64,000 bases of DNA from Deltaproteobacteria bacterium (GCA_016218765.1 JACRCZ010000056.1:28162-92161); one strand, 5' to 3'; numbered from the stretch's first letter, positions 51,752 to 61,245 are shown. The notes: a model not told the origin generated them from the letters alone. Numbers and translations are program-made.

Positions 51752-52192
51752 ATGAACGGACGACACCTGATCGCCCTTGTCGCCGGGACGCTGGTGCTGG
51801 CCTGTGTTGCCTCCAATCCGAACGCGGGGAGCGTGACGCCGCGGGTGGCCGCGGCGGGCGCGTCGAAGGTCGTGGCGACGACCGCGACGGCCCCGTCCGA
51901 GCCGCCCGTGCCTGCCGGCGCGGCGCCGCTGGTCGACCGCGCGCGGCAGAACCTGCAGGCGCGGCGGATGGTGGCGCACCCGGGCGAGATTCGCGTGCTG
52001 TCGGTCCAGGCGGTCGACTGGCCGGACGCGGGCCTGGACTGCCCCGATCCGGAAGCCCGAGTCCGGCCGGCGACCACGCCCGGCTACCGGATCGACCTGG
52101 AAGCTGCGGGGCGGAGGTTCGAGTACCACACCGACACGGCGTACTCGATCGTGCTCTGCTCGGAGGGCCAACCGGCGCGGGTGCGGCGATAG
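51752..52192 (+). CDS. Small lipoprotein with a DWPDxxLxCP...TPGYRI..EYHTD domain
   Basis: Signal peptide ending VLAC and a recognisable uncharacterised-family motif. Confidence 0.65.
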   Translation: MNGRHLIALVAGTLVLACVASNPNAGSVTPRVAAAGASKVVATTATAPSEPPVPAGAAPLVDRARQNLQARRMVAHPGEIRVLSVQAVDWPDAGLDCPDPEARVRPATTPGYRIDLEAAGRRFEYHTDTAYSIVLCSEGQPARVRR

Positions 52193-52196
52193 CCGC

Positions 52197-52649
52197 TCAC
52201 CGCGATCCGCCCGGGAGGCGGGATTCCGGCGGGGATTCGCGCACGGCCACCGCCGGCGAGCGGATCGCGAGGTCCGCGCGGAGGAGGAGCAGGGCGAAGA
52301 CCAGGTTACCGGCGCCGGTGAGCGGGAACAGCACGCGTGCTGCGAGCGTGACGTCGCCGGCCAGCAGCGAGCAGGTCGTGTCGGTGAAGACGTCGGAAAG
52401 CCGCACGCCGGCCACGACGGCGAGCCACCAGGCTTCGCGCCGCCAGCGCAGCAGCGCCATGAGCTGCACGAGGAAGAACGCCGTCCAGTTCGCCGCGCAG
52501 CGCGGCAGCAGCGCCTGCGGGTCCACGTAGCCGGCCCCGTGCCACACCCGGAACCACAGCTCGGGCATCGTCCAGGCCCACACGGAGAGCACCAGGTCGA
52601 GGACCGCGAGGAACGCGAGCATGCTGGTGACCGGGATCTTCGTCGGCAT
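52197..52649 (-). CDS. Hypothetical membrane protein (about 4 TM)
   Basis: Four hydrophobic segments. Start may be 52667. Confidence 0.6.
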   Translation of the reverse strand: MPTKIPVTSMLAFLAVLDLVLSVWAWTMPELWFRVWHGAGYVDPQALLPRCAANWTAFFLVQLMALLRWRREAWWLAVVAGVRLSDVFTDTTCSLLAGDVTLAARVLFPLTGAGNLVFALLLLRADLAIRSPAVAVRESPPESRLPGGSR

Positions 52650-52753
52650 CAACCGCGACTCGTTCATGCGAACGCACGATAGGACCCGCCCCGCGGTGGC
52701 GCAACGTCCGCGGCGCGGCAGGACGACGTGCGTTCACGATAACAGATTTTCGC

Positions 52754-52781
52754 TTGACATGATGGACGCGTTCGCTATGCT
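52754..52781 (+). promoter_or_regulatory. sigma70 promoter TTGACA-N16-TATGCT for cysH
   Basis: Perfect -35 and near-consensus -10 in an AT-richer patch. Confidence 0.6.
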
Positions 52782-52857
52782 GAACATCGCCGCGCGGCGC
52801 CGCGAGACGGGGCGCCGGGCGTCACGGCCCCGGAAAGGGGCACAAGGAGGCGTGAAC

Positions 52858-53598
52858 ATGACATCCCTCGCTGTCGCCGCGACGGAGCGGCTGGTCGAAG
52901 ACGGGAGAACCCCGCCGGAAGGCGCCGGGGCCGAGGACATCCTGCGCTGGACGTTCGAGCGGTTCGGCGCCGAGGCGGCGGTCTCGTCCAGCTTCGGCGC
53001 GGAGGACGTGGTCGTCATCGACCTCGCCCTCCGCGTGTTCCCCGCGGCGCGGATCTTCACGTTGGACACCGGCAGGCTCCCGGAGGCGACCTTCGAGGTC
53101 GCGGAGCAGGTGCGGCGCAGGTGGAGCTGCGGCATCGAGGTGTTCGCGCCGGATGCCGCGGACGTGGAAGCCCTCGAGCGCGCCGACGGGTTCTTCTCCT
53201 TCCGCGAGTCGCTCGCGGCGCGCCATCGCTGCTGCGAGGTACGCAAGGTGCGACCCCTCGCCCGCGCTCTCGCCGGCCGCGCCGCGTGGATCACCGGCCT
53301 CCGCCGCGAGCAGAGCGTCACGCGGACCGACGTGTCCGCCGTCGAGCTCGACCGCTCCCACGGCGGAATCGTCAAGGTCAACCCGCTCGTCGCCTGGACC
53401 AACGACGACGTGTGGCGCTACGTCCGCACCCACGACCTGCCGTACAACCGCCTCCACGACCAGGGCTACCCCTCCGTCGGCTGCGCCCCCTGCACGCGGC
53501 CCGTGCATCCGGGCGAGCATCCGCGCGCCGGGCGCTGGTGGTGGGAGCTGCCCGAACACAAGGAGTGCGGCCTGCACGTGAACGGCGACGGGATCTGA
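52858..53598 (+). CDS. cysH: Assimilatory APS/PAPS reductase, Fe-S (APS-reductase) type
   Basis: SSSFGAED, TLDTG, CCEVRKVRPL, ITGLRREQS, KVNPL, GYPSVGCAPCT and ECGLH. The CC plus CxxC cluster ligands are present. AAGGAGG RBS. Confidence 0.93.
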   Translation: MTSLAVAATERLVEDGRTPPEGAGAEDILRWTFERFGAEAAVSSSFGAEDVVVIDLALRVFPAARIFTLDTGRLPEATFEVAEQVRRRWSCGIEVFAPDAADVEALERADGFFSFRESLAARHRCCEVRKVRPLARALAGRAAWITGLRREQSVTRTDVSAVELDRSHGGIVKVNPLVAWTNDDVWRYVRTHDLPYNRLHDQGYPSVGCAPCTRPVHPGEHPRAGRWWWELPEHKECGLHVNGDGI

Positions 53599-53657
53599 AC
53601 CGCCGGTCCCGCGGTTCGGGACGACGCGTCGGCCTTCTGCGGCCCGGACGTCCCGCG

Positions 53658-54380
53658 TCAGCGCGCACTCTCGCCGGGGGGCTCCGGGGGCTCCAGCACC
53701 TCGCGGACCTTGAAGTTGTCGGTCTTGGACGACGCGGAGGCGAACCCGCCGGCGGGGTAGCGGCCGCCGTCCCGACCGCCGTCGGACGACGGTCCCGACG
53801 ACGACTTGCTCTCCGGCCCGGGCTCGGGCTCCGGGGCGAAGCCCGCCGCGGGCGCCACCCACACCTTGTACTCGGCGCCCCGGTTGGGTGTGAGGTCGTA
53901 GGGGAAGAGCTGCACGGTGATGGCGCCTTCCGCCGCGTGGTCGCGGTCCACGCCGGTGGCGTGGCCGCAGGAGCGGAGGAACCAGATGTCGCCCCGCCAT
54001 TCCCAGAACGCGGCGTCGTACGCGACATCGATCACGCCGGCCGCGTTGACGTGGATCCGGCGGCACTCGATGGGATCGGACGACAGGAGCACCTTCCCCG
54101 CCGGGTCGGTGACCTGGAAGTAGTAGTCTCCTTCCGGCAGCGCCGCCGCGCCCGACGGGGCGAGCGGGCCGGGTCCGCCGTCCAGGTAGACGTCCCAGCG
54201 CGAGTCGAAGTCGACGTTGCGGTTGACGTAGCGGCCGTCCCAGGTCGTGGTGAAGATCGCCCCGCGCAGCGGCGCGTCGCGCAGCCCGAGCGCGGCCGCC
54301 GACGGGTCGTCGTCGGCCGGCATGGTGCACGCCACGAGAGCGGAAAAGAGGGCTCCGTACACGACGTCGTTGCGCAGCAT
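53658..54380 (-). CDS. Hypothetical lipoprotein
   Basis: GGAGGAGG RBS, LVAC lipobox, and AIFTT..G..VNxN..VYLDGGP..LPEGDYYFQVTDP segment. Confidence 0.7.
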   Translation of the reverse strand: MLRNDVVYGALFSALVACTMPADDDPSAAALGLRDAPLRGAIFTTTWDGRYVNRNVDFDSRWDVYLDGGPGPLAPSGAAALPEGDYYFQVTDPAGKVLLSSDPIECRRIHVNAAGVIDVAYDAAFWEWRGDIWFLRSCGHATGVDRDHAAEGAITVQLFPYDLTPNRGAEYKVWVAPAAGFAPEPEPGPESKSSSGPSSDGGRDGGRYPAGGFASASSKTDNFKVREVLEPPEPPGESAR

Positions 54381-54469
54381 GGCCTCCTCCCATTCCGGCG
54401 GCGCGCCGCTCCTGCCGGGGACCGTCCCGCTTGCGGCGGGAGTTCCGGCGGGTCGCCGGCCGCGAGCGC

Positions 54470-54485
54470 AGCAACGGGCGTGCCA
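54470..54485 (-). promoter_or_regulatory. sigma54 promoter TGGCACG-CCCG-TTGCT
   Basis: Exact match to the TGGCACG-N4-TTGCW consensus, about 90 nt upstream of ATG 54380. Confidence 0.65.
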
Positions 54486-54636
54486 GGAACCCGTCGCACG
54501 CCGGCGATCGGCCCCGCGTCCCCGGGCCCGTCGCCGCGCCCGCCGCGCCGGCCGGGACGTCGACAATTGACAATCACGCCTTGACGATCCGGTCGAACTT
54601 GGAAGCGCGGCGAGCGACGATTGAGGGAAAACGCCC

Positions 54637-57387
54637 CTATCGTCTCCCCGCGTGCGCCCAACCCAGTCCGAGCGCGGCGAGGCAGCTTGCGGCGAGGCAC
54701 AGGCCGAGCGTGCGTGCGGGGGGCAGGGGGATCAGGGTCAGGGCGAAGCCGATCGCGGCCAGCACGGGGCCGGCGATCCAGGCGGTACGCCGGGCGTCCC
54801 ACCACGACGCCGCGCCGCCGTGCGTCGTCCCGGCGGCGGGCAGCAGCAGGAGGGAGGCGAGCGTTCCGGCGAGCAGGACGGCGGACGCGAACGTCACCGG
54901 GAGACCCGGATCCCCCGGGAGGCCCAGCAGTCCGGCGCCGCCGAAGGCCAGCGAGGCGGCGACGAGCGGCACGATCGTGACGGGGATCGCGCGGCCCAGG
55001 CAGCGCATCGTCCCCGTCCAGCCGGTGGCGCAGGCCGCCGTACCGAGTCGCGACTCTCCGCCGTCGCCGACCAGGAACAGGAGCACCCACAGCACGAGTC
55101 CCAGCACGGCGGCGGCGAGAAAGGCGGTGGTGAGCCCGCGGATCGTCGCGGCGCGCACCGACGGCGCGGCCAGCGGCATCCCGCCGACGCGGACCGCCAG
55201 CGGGACGCCGTCGCCGGGCAAGGCGATCCCGCCGTCGCGCAGCTCCGACGACGCGGCGAGGATCTCGGCCTCCGCCCGTTCCGCGCGGTCCGGGTCGCCG
55301 GTCTCGGCCAGGGCCCAGGCCTGGACGAACGGCGGCAGCCGCGTGCGGCTCTCCCCTTCCGTCGAGACGCGCGAGAGGGCTTCCACGAGCCCCTCCGTCT
55401 CGCGCTTGAGTCCGATGTCGTCCCCGGCCGCCGGCGGGAAGACGGCGACGAGCGCCGTGCGGACGGCATCCTCGTCGACCTTCCCCGCGGCCGCGATCCG
55501 CGCGGCCAGCGCCGCGGCCTCGGCCGTGCCGACCGGCAGCGGCTCCTCGGTTTCCAGGTCCTTGACCAGCACCCAGGTCGTCCCGTCGGCGAAGTGCTCG
55601 CCGATCCGCGACCGCAGCGCCGCCTCGTCGGGACCGGCCGGCGCCGCCGTGCGGTCGAGCAGGTCGCGCAGGAGCGCGGGTGTGCGCCGGTCCGAGGCGA
55701 TGTCGAGGCGCGCGAGGCGCGAGCCGAGCCGATCGACCAGCTCGGCGACCATCCTGGCCCTCGTCGGCTCGTCCGCGTCCGCGAACAGACGGTAGCGCGT
55801 CGCTCCGGGAACGGTGCCCGAGAGCACGTCCCGCACGTGCACCGCGTCGGCCACGGTCGCCCGCGGATCGATCTTCACGAGCACGGCGGCGGCGTCGTGC
55901 GAGGGCCGCACGAGCTGTCCCAGTCCCGGCTGTCCCTCGGCCAGCCAGAAGAACTTGCGCACGCCTTCGGCGCCCGGCGGCAGCTCCGACGCCCGTCCGT
56001 ACGCCTTGCCCTGCGTGCGCACTGCCCCCAGGAGCGACGTCACGGACAGGACCGCCGGCTCGGCCAGCGCCGCGGATTCGAGCGCCCGCAAGGCGTCCAG
56101 CGCCTCGGGCGTCGCGATGTCGCCGTGCACGGCAGCCACGAGGGTCGCCGTGCCGTCGAAGTGCCGCAGCAGGAACTGCTCCGCCTCGTGCGGCCCGCTG
56201 CCCGGCCGGAACGCCTCGCCCGGCTCCACGGCCGCGCGCAGGCGCGGGACGCCGACGTAGGCCGCGGCGCAGGCGAGCGTGAGCACCAGGGCCAGCGCGG
56301 GCCGCGCGCGTGGCACGCCGGGGGCCGGCGCGCCGGCGGTCGCCGGTCGCGAGGCACCCGCCAGGGCCGGGAGGACGAGCGCGGCGAGGGCGAGGTTCGC
56401 CAGGCCGCCGGCCAGGAGCAGGAACGCGGCGTCGGCGGCGCCGGCGAGTAGGGCGCCCAGGGCCGCGATGGCGGTCCAGGCCGCGACGCCCTGGGCCACC
56501 GGTCCCGCGCCGCGCGCGCGCGCGGCCGCCGTGCCGTCCGCGCGGAGCACGAAGCTCGCGAGGGCGAAGGTCGAGCCGGCCGCGGCGACGAGGGCGACGA
56601 GGGCGGAGGACGCCAGGGGGCGGCCGAGGGCCGCGGCGGGGCACAGCGCGGCGGCGGCCGAGACGCCGGCGGCGGCGAGCGCGAGGACGTGCGGGACGGT
56701 CCGCTGCGGCGACACGAAGGGCACGAGCAGGAGGACGGCCGCGACGAGCAGTCCCAGGAGCGGCGCCGCGCTGGTCTGCGCCGTGGACACGGCCAGGGCG
56801 GCGCCGGGCGCCCCGTCGACGTAGATCCGGCCCCCTTCGAGCAGGCGCTGCGCCAGGTCGGCCACCTCGCGCGCCGTCTCGCGCTCCGGGCGCGCGGCCG
56901 GGTCGAGCCGCACGGGGATCAGCGCGGCCGAGCCGTCCGCGGCGACCAGGTTGCCCACGACCAGGCCGTTGGCGAGGACCTCGCGCCGCACGGCGTCGAG
57001 CCGAGCGGGGTCCTCGGGGATCGGTCGCGGCACGAGATCGGCCACCTCGGTGGTCGACGTCCCGGCCTTGATCAGCGGCACCTCGGTGAAGCAGACGACC
57101 TCGGCCACGCCGGGGACCATCGCGGCGTCGCGGGCGAACTTGCGCAGCCGGTCGAGCGAGTCCTTGGCGAAGAGGTCGTCGCGCTCGACGCCGATGAGCA
57201 GGGTGTCGAGCATGCCGAACGGGCCGGCCGCGGCCCGGAACTCCCGCACCTCGGGATCGTCCGCGGGGAGCATGGAGAGCGGGTCGTCGTCGAACCGCAC
57301 GCGCAGGGCGCCGAAGGCGGCGGCGCCGAGGAGCGCGGCGCCGGCGAGCACGGCGAGGGTCGTGCGGCGGGCGGAGGGAGTCGGCAT
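54637..57387 (-). CDS. MMPL/RND-family transporter-like membrane protein (divergent)
   Basis: N-terminal TM then RVRFDDDPLSMLPADDP (typical of MMPL proteins), two TM bundles and two periplasmic loops. Confidence 0.7.
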   Translation of the reverse strand: MPTPSARRTTLAVLAGAALLGAAAFGALRVRFDDDPLSMLPADDPEVREFRAAAGPFGMLDTLLIGVERDDLFAKDSLDRLRKFARDAAMVPGVAEVVCFTEVPLIKAGTSTTEVADLVPRPIPEDPARLDAVRREVLANGLVVGNLVAADGSAALIPVRLDPAARPERETAREVADLAQRLLEGGRIYVDGAPGAALAVSTAQTSAAPLLGLLVAAVLLLVPFVSPQRTVPHVLALAAAGVSAAAALCPAAALGRPLASSALVALVAAAGSTFALASFVLRADGTAAARARGAGPVAQGVAAWTAIAALGALLAGAADAAFLLLAGGLANLALAALVLPALAGASRPATAGAPAPGVPRARPALALVLTLACAAAYVGVPRLRAAVEPGEAFRPGSGPHEAEQFLLRHFDGTATLVAAVHGDIATPEALDALRALESAALAEPAVLSVTSLLGAVRTQGKAYGRASELPPGAEGVRKFFWLAEGQPGLGQLVRPSHDAAAVLVKIDPRATVADAVHVRDVLSGTVPGATRYRLFADADEPTRARMVAELVDRLGSRLARLDIASDRRTPALLRDLLDRTAAPAGPDEAALRSRIGEHFADGTTWVLVKDLETEEPLPVGTAEAAALAARIAAAGKVDEDAVRTALVAVFPPAAGDDIGLKRETEGLVEALSRVSTEGESRTRLPPFVQAWALAETGDPDRAERAEAEILAASSELRDGGIALPGDGVPLAVRVGGMPLAAPSVRAATIRGLTTAFLAAAVLGLVLWVLLFLVGDGGESRLGTAACATGWTGTMRCLGRAIPVTIVPLVAASLAFGGAGLLGLPGDPGLPVTFASAVLLAGTLASLLLLPAAGTTHGGAASWWDARRTAWIAGPVLAAIGFALTLIPLPPARTLGLCLAASCLAALGLGWAHAGRR

Positions 57388-57423
57388 GGCAACTCCTGGT
57401 GTGGGACCGGGCGTCGCCCGGTG

Positions 57424-58164
57424 CTAGGCCGAGCGGTCGTTCTCGGCGGGCTGGTTCTTCGCGACGGGGCGCCAGTAGATGATGCGGGTGCAGTTCGGGC
57501 ACTGCAGGACGCGCTCGCCCCGCTGGACCTCGTTGTAGATCTGCGGCGGGATCTGGAGGTGGCAGCCCTGGCAGTTGCCGCCAATCACCTCGACCATCGC
57601 CTGGGGCTTGCGCCGGCGGATCCGGTCGTACAGCGACAGCGTCTCGCGCGGGACGCGCTTCTCGATCGCGGCGCGCTGCGCCACGTGCGCCTCGCGCTCG
57701 GAGTCGAGCTGATCGATCTGGCGCTTGGTTTCCGCCTCGCGGGTCTGGAAGCCTTCCTGCAGCTCGCGGAACTGCTCCTCCTTGGCGCCGATCGACTTCT
57801 TCAGCGTCTCGACCGTTTCCAGGAGCTGGAGGATCTCCTTCTCCCGCACCTGGATCGCCCCCTTGATCATGTCAATCTCGCGCTGCGCCGCGTTGACCTC
57901 GCGCTCGTTGCGCGCCTGGGCCATCTTGCCCTTGCTCTTGGTCAGCAGCTCGTTCTGGAGCAGCACTTCCTGCTGGAGCTCCGCGAGGTACTTGTCGTCC
58001 TCGGCAAGCTGCTTGCGCTCGCGATCGATGATCCCGTAGATGCGATCCAGATGGGTCTTCAGGTCGGCCAGCTTGTCGGGCAGCTCTCGACGCTGCGTGT
58101 CGATTCGGAAAACTTCCAGGTCGATCTTCTGCAGTTCGCTCAGGTCCTCGATCGCCCTCTGCAC
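57424..58164 (-). CDS. C4-type zinc-ribbon / coiled-coil protein (DUF164-like)
   Basis: LQKIDLE start, a long coiled coil, CQGCHLQIPPQ and CPNCTRIIY. AGGAGG RBS. Confidence 0.9.
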   Translation of the reverse strand: MQRAIEDLSELQKIDLEVFRIDTQRRELPDKLADLKTHLDRIYGIIDRERKQLAEDDKYLAELQQEVLLQNELLTKSKGKMAQARNEREVNAAQREIDMIKGAIQVREKEILQLLETVETLKKSIGAKEEQFRELQEGFQTREAETKRQIDQLDSEREAHVAQRAAIEKRVPRETLSLYDRIRRRKPQAMVEVIGGNCQGCHLQIPPQIYNEVQRGERVLQCPNCTRIIYWRPVAKNQPAENDRSA

Positions 58165-58270
58165 CGGCCAACCTCCTGCCGCGCGCCCCGCCGCACCACG
58201 TCCCCCTCTTCTCAACCCGGCCGCGGCCCTCGTTCCCGACCTCGACCGCCTCCCCCTCCCGTTTCAACCC

Positions 58271-58346
58271 GGTGGGCCCACCTGGGATTGAACCAGGAAC
58301 CGCCCGGTTATGAGCCGGGAGCTCTCACCGCTTGAGCTATGGGCCC
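58271..58346 (-). tRNA. tRNA with CAT anticodon, probably tRNA-Ile2 (lysidine); CCA not fully encoded
   Basis: GGGCCCA/TGGGCCC acceptor stem, D arm GCTC/GAGC, anticodon arm CCCGG-CTCATAA-CCGGG and T loop TTCAATC. C4 and C5 in the acceptor stem are consistent with TilS substrates. The 3' end reads ACCG. Confidence 0.9.
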
Positions 58347-58364
58347 CACGGCGAGCGCGCGCGG

Positions 58365-58394
58365 ACTATAGATCGGTCGCCGGACAAGTTGCAA
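58365..58394 (-). promoter_or_regulatory. Probable sigma70 promoter for the tRNA (TTGCAA-N18-TATAGT)
   Basis: Read directly; -10 box lies 18 nt upstream of the mature 5' end. Confidence 0.4.
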
Positions 58395-58439
58395 CGACCG
58401 ATTCGCCCTGGTAGGGATTCGACCGGAAGGAGGCCCCAC

Positions 58440-59789
58440 GTGACCCGACTCTCCTCCGCCGCCCTGATCCTCGCGCTCCTGCCGGCCGCCGCGCCCGCCG
58501 CGCCGCTGGACATCCCGGTCTCGACCCGCACCCTGGACAACGGCCTGCGCGTCGTCGTCGCCCCCAACCACCTCATCCCCACGGTCGCCGTCACCGTGCA
58601 CTACGACGTCGGCTCCGCGATCGAGCAGCCGGGGCGCACGGGCTTCGCCCACCTCTTCGAGCACATGATGTTCGAGGGGACGACGAGCGTCGGCAAGATG
58701 GAGCACTTCGCCATCGTCGCCGAGGCGGGCGGGATCTGCAACGGCTCGACGGGCCCGGATCACACGGAGTACTGGGAGTCGGTCCCGCGCAACGCCTTCG
58801 AGCTGGCCCTGTGGCTGGAAGCCGATCGCATGACCGCGCTCGACCTGTCCCCCGACAACTTCGAGAACCAGCGCGACGCGGTGATCCAGGAGCGGCAGGA
58901 GAACTACGACAACCAGGCCTACGTCCCCTCCTTCCTGCGCATCAACGAGCTGGCCTACCCCGGCTACTTCGCCTACTCGCACTCCGTGATCGGCGACCGC
59001 GCCGACCTGGAGACGATGCCGTTCGAGGACACGGTGGCCTTTTTCCGGACCCACTACGTCCCCGCCAATGCCGTGCTCGTCGTGGCCGGCGACGTCGGGC
59101 CGGACGAGGCGTTCGCGGCGGTGGAGACGTACTTCGGGCAGATCCCGGCGGGGGATCCGCCCCCGTTCGAGTTTCCCGACTACGCGCCGGCGGCCGGCGA
59201 GCGCGTCGAGTCGCTGGTCGATCCGCTCGCTCCCCTCCCCGCCTTCCACATCGCGTGGAACGTCCCGCCCTTCCGCTCGCCCGACTCCTACGCTCTCGAC
59301 CTGCTCGCCACCTGGCTCACCGACGGGGAGACCGCACCGCTGTACCGCGACCTGGTGAAGGACCGCGCGCTCGTCGCGGAGCTCTCGGTCGGCCTGGACG
59401 GGCGGCGCGGGCCCGACCTGTTCTCGGTCTTCGCGGTCTGCACGCCGGGGCACGAGCCGGCCGAGGTGCGGGCGGCGGTGGACGAGTGGCTGGACCGCCT
59501 GGCGGTCGAGGGCATTCCGGAGGACGGGCTCCGGCGCGCGAAGAACCTGCGCCAGAAGCGCTTCCTGGAGGGGATCCGCACCAACCTCCGCTTGGCCAAC
59601 CAGCTCGCGCGCTACCAGCTCTACTACGGCGACGCGACGCTGCTCCTGGGCGAGCTGGATCGGTGGGACGCGGTCACGACCGAGGACGTGCGGCGGGCCG
59701 TCGAGACCCGGCTCCGCCGCGACAGCCGCGCGGTGCTCGACGTGCTCCCGCCCCCTCCGCCCGCGCCGCAGCCGCCGTCCGCGCCGTGA
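58440..59789 (+). CDS. Secreted M16 (pitrilysin-like) zinc peptidase
   Basis: TLDNGLRVV, YDVGS..E..GRTGFAHLFEHMMFEG (HxxEH), NGST and YVPANAVL. GGAGG RBS. Confidence 0.92.
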   Translation: MTRLSSAALILALLPAAAPAAPLDIPVSTRTLDNGLRVVVAPNHLIPTVAVTVHYDVGSAIEQPGRTGFAHLFEHMMFEGTTSVGKMEHFAIVAEAGGICNGSTGPDHTEYWESVPRNAFELALWLEADRMTALDLSPDNFENQRDAVIQERQENYDNQAYVPSFLRINELAYPGYFAYSHSVIGDRADLETMPFEDTVAFFRTHYVPANAVLVVAGDVGPDEAFAAVETYFGQIPAGDPPPFEFPDYAPAAGERVESLVDPLAPLPAFHIAWNVPPFRSPDSYALDLLATWLTDGETAPLYRDLVKDRALVAELSVGLDGRRGPDLFSVFAVCTPGHEPAEVRAAVDEWLDRLAVEGIPEDGLRRAKNLRQKRFLEGIRTNLRLANQLARYQLYYGDATLLLGELDRWDAVTTEDVRRAVETRLRRDSRAVLDVLPPPPPAPQPPSAP

Positions 59790-59807
59790 GCGCGGTCACG
59801 GCTCCGA

Positions 59808-61139
59808 CTACATTCCCGACGACTGTTCCAGGCAGCCCATCATCTGGTCGCACGGCAGGGCGAGGCAGTGCCGGGCCGCGTTGAGCTCGCCGAAGGTGTC
59901 GGGATCGTCGAGCGCGGCGGCGAGGCACATGCCGCCCACGCCGGACAGGAGCTCCTCCTTCATGCCGGCGATCATCTGCGCCGTCGAGGGGTCGGTGGCG
60001 GCGCCCATCGCCTCGCCCAGCAGCGTGTCCCAGCAGCGGTCCAAGGCGGCCGGGAGCTGTCCGCACAGCGCAATGGTCTCCGCGGGCAGCGTCGCGACCC
60101 GCGCGGGGTCGGGCGGCGAGCCGAACGGCCCGGTGTCGTCGGTCCCCTCGTCGTCGTCCGTCCCCGCCAGGTTCATCTCGCCCATGCACTCCCACATCCG
60201 GTCGCAGTCCTGCTCCAGGCACGCGACCATCTGTTCCTGCGCGCCCGGCGGCAGCTCGGACAGCCCCCGCCGGCACTCCTCGACGGCCGGCCCCAGGTCG
60301 TCCGCGGGAAGCTCGACGTCGACGCACTGTGCGGATCGGATCACCATCTTGGTGCACAGGTCCGCGTCACCCGGCAGCGCGACCGGTCCGTCGTCGTCCC
60401 CCTCTTCCCCGCCTTCCTCCTCCCCACCCTCGTCTTCCGTCATCAGCGCGGCGATGCATTCCATCTTCGCGCCGCAATCGGCCACGGCGTTGCAGGAGCG
60501 CAGCGCCGCCTGCCGTTCGGCCGGCCAGGCGCCGGACTCCTTGCGGCATTCCTCCAGCGCCTCGGTGGCCTCGGCGGCGTCGAGCGCCTCGCCGAACTCC
60601 TCCGAGAAGCAGTTCATCATCGCGGGGATCAGGGTCGCGCACGGATCGGGATCGTCCGGGGGCGGCGGAGCGGCCGGACCGGCCGGGCCGGTCGCCGGCG
60701 CGGCGGGAGCGGCCGGTCCGATGGCCTTGAGCTCGGTCGCGAGCTGCGCCGCGCCGAGCGCGCGGTCGAACGCCGGCGCGTCCGACTCGGCCATCCGCGC
60801 GCGTCCCGTGTCGCGCATCGCCTCGAGCGCGGGAGGAGGCGAGGCGGCGGAGGGCGCGGCGGCCGTCGCGCCCGGTCGGCCTCGACCGCCGCCGAGCAGG
60901 CCTGCGAGGAGGGACCCGCCGCCGCCGACCTTGGCCGGCGCGGCGCCCGCCTCGCCGGCGGCCGTCTCCCCGGCCGCGCCGGCGTCCGCCGCAGTCGCCG
61001 TCGCCTCGGCCGGCGCCGCGGCTGCCGCGTCCGTCGCGGGTGCGGGGGGTGCCGTCGCTTCCTCCGTCTTCTTCTTGCACGCGCCTCCGGCCGCCATCGC
61101 CGCGCAAACCACGACCGCCCATTTCGTGTTCGACGCCAT
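59808..61139 (-). CDS. Lipoprotein with an Ala/Pro linker and three Cys-rich helical repeats
   Basis: GGAC-KKK lipobox, and repeats of the form C..(L)...C......E...C......C...MxC. Confidence 0.7.
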   Translation of the reverse strand: MASNTKWAVVVCAAMAAGGACKKKTEEATAPPAPATDAAAAAPAEATATAADAGAAGETAAGEAGAAPAKVGGGGSLLAGLLGGGRGRPGATAAAPSAASPPPALEAMRDTGRARMAESDAPAFDRALGAAQLATELKAIGPAAPAAPATGPAGPAAPPPPDDPDPCATLIPAMMNCFSEEFGEALDAAEATEALEECRKESGAWPAERQAALRSCNAVADCGAKMECIAALMTEDEGGEEEGGEEGDDDGPVALPGDADLCTKMVIRSAQCVDVELPADDLGPAVEECRRGLSELPPGAQEQMVACLEQDCDRMWECMGEMNLAGTDDDEGTDDTGPFGSPPDPARVATLPAETIALCGQLPAALDRCWDTLLGEAMGAATDPSTAQMIAGMKEELLSGVGGMCLAAALDDPDTFGELNAARHCLALPCDQMMGCLEQSSGM

Positions 61140-61210
61140 CGTGCCCTTCCTTCCCCTCCCCCATCCGGCACGCTACCTCCCCGGCCGCGAGGACTCAACC
61201 TCGCCCGAAT

Positions 61211-61238
61211 TTGCGCGATTCCGCGCGGGCCGTATACT
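61211..61238 (+). promoter_or_regulatory. TTGCGC-N16-TATACT promoter, 7 nt before GTG 61246 (probably leaderless)
   Basis: Strong -10 box and no SD. Confidence 0.45.
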
Positions 61239-61245
61239 GAGCCGC

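Noticed and set aside
53599-53640. GC hairpin after cysH (gtcccg-cggtt-cgggac) as an intrinsic terminator
   Set aside because: No U-tract on either strand, and such hairpins are common at this GC content.
58200-58440. tRNA as an integration site for a genomic island or prophage
   Set aside because: No integrase, no duplicated tRNA 3' end and no evident compositional shift in the window.
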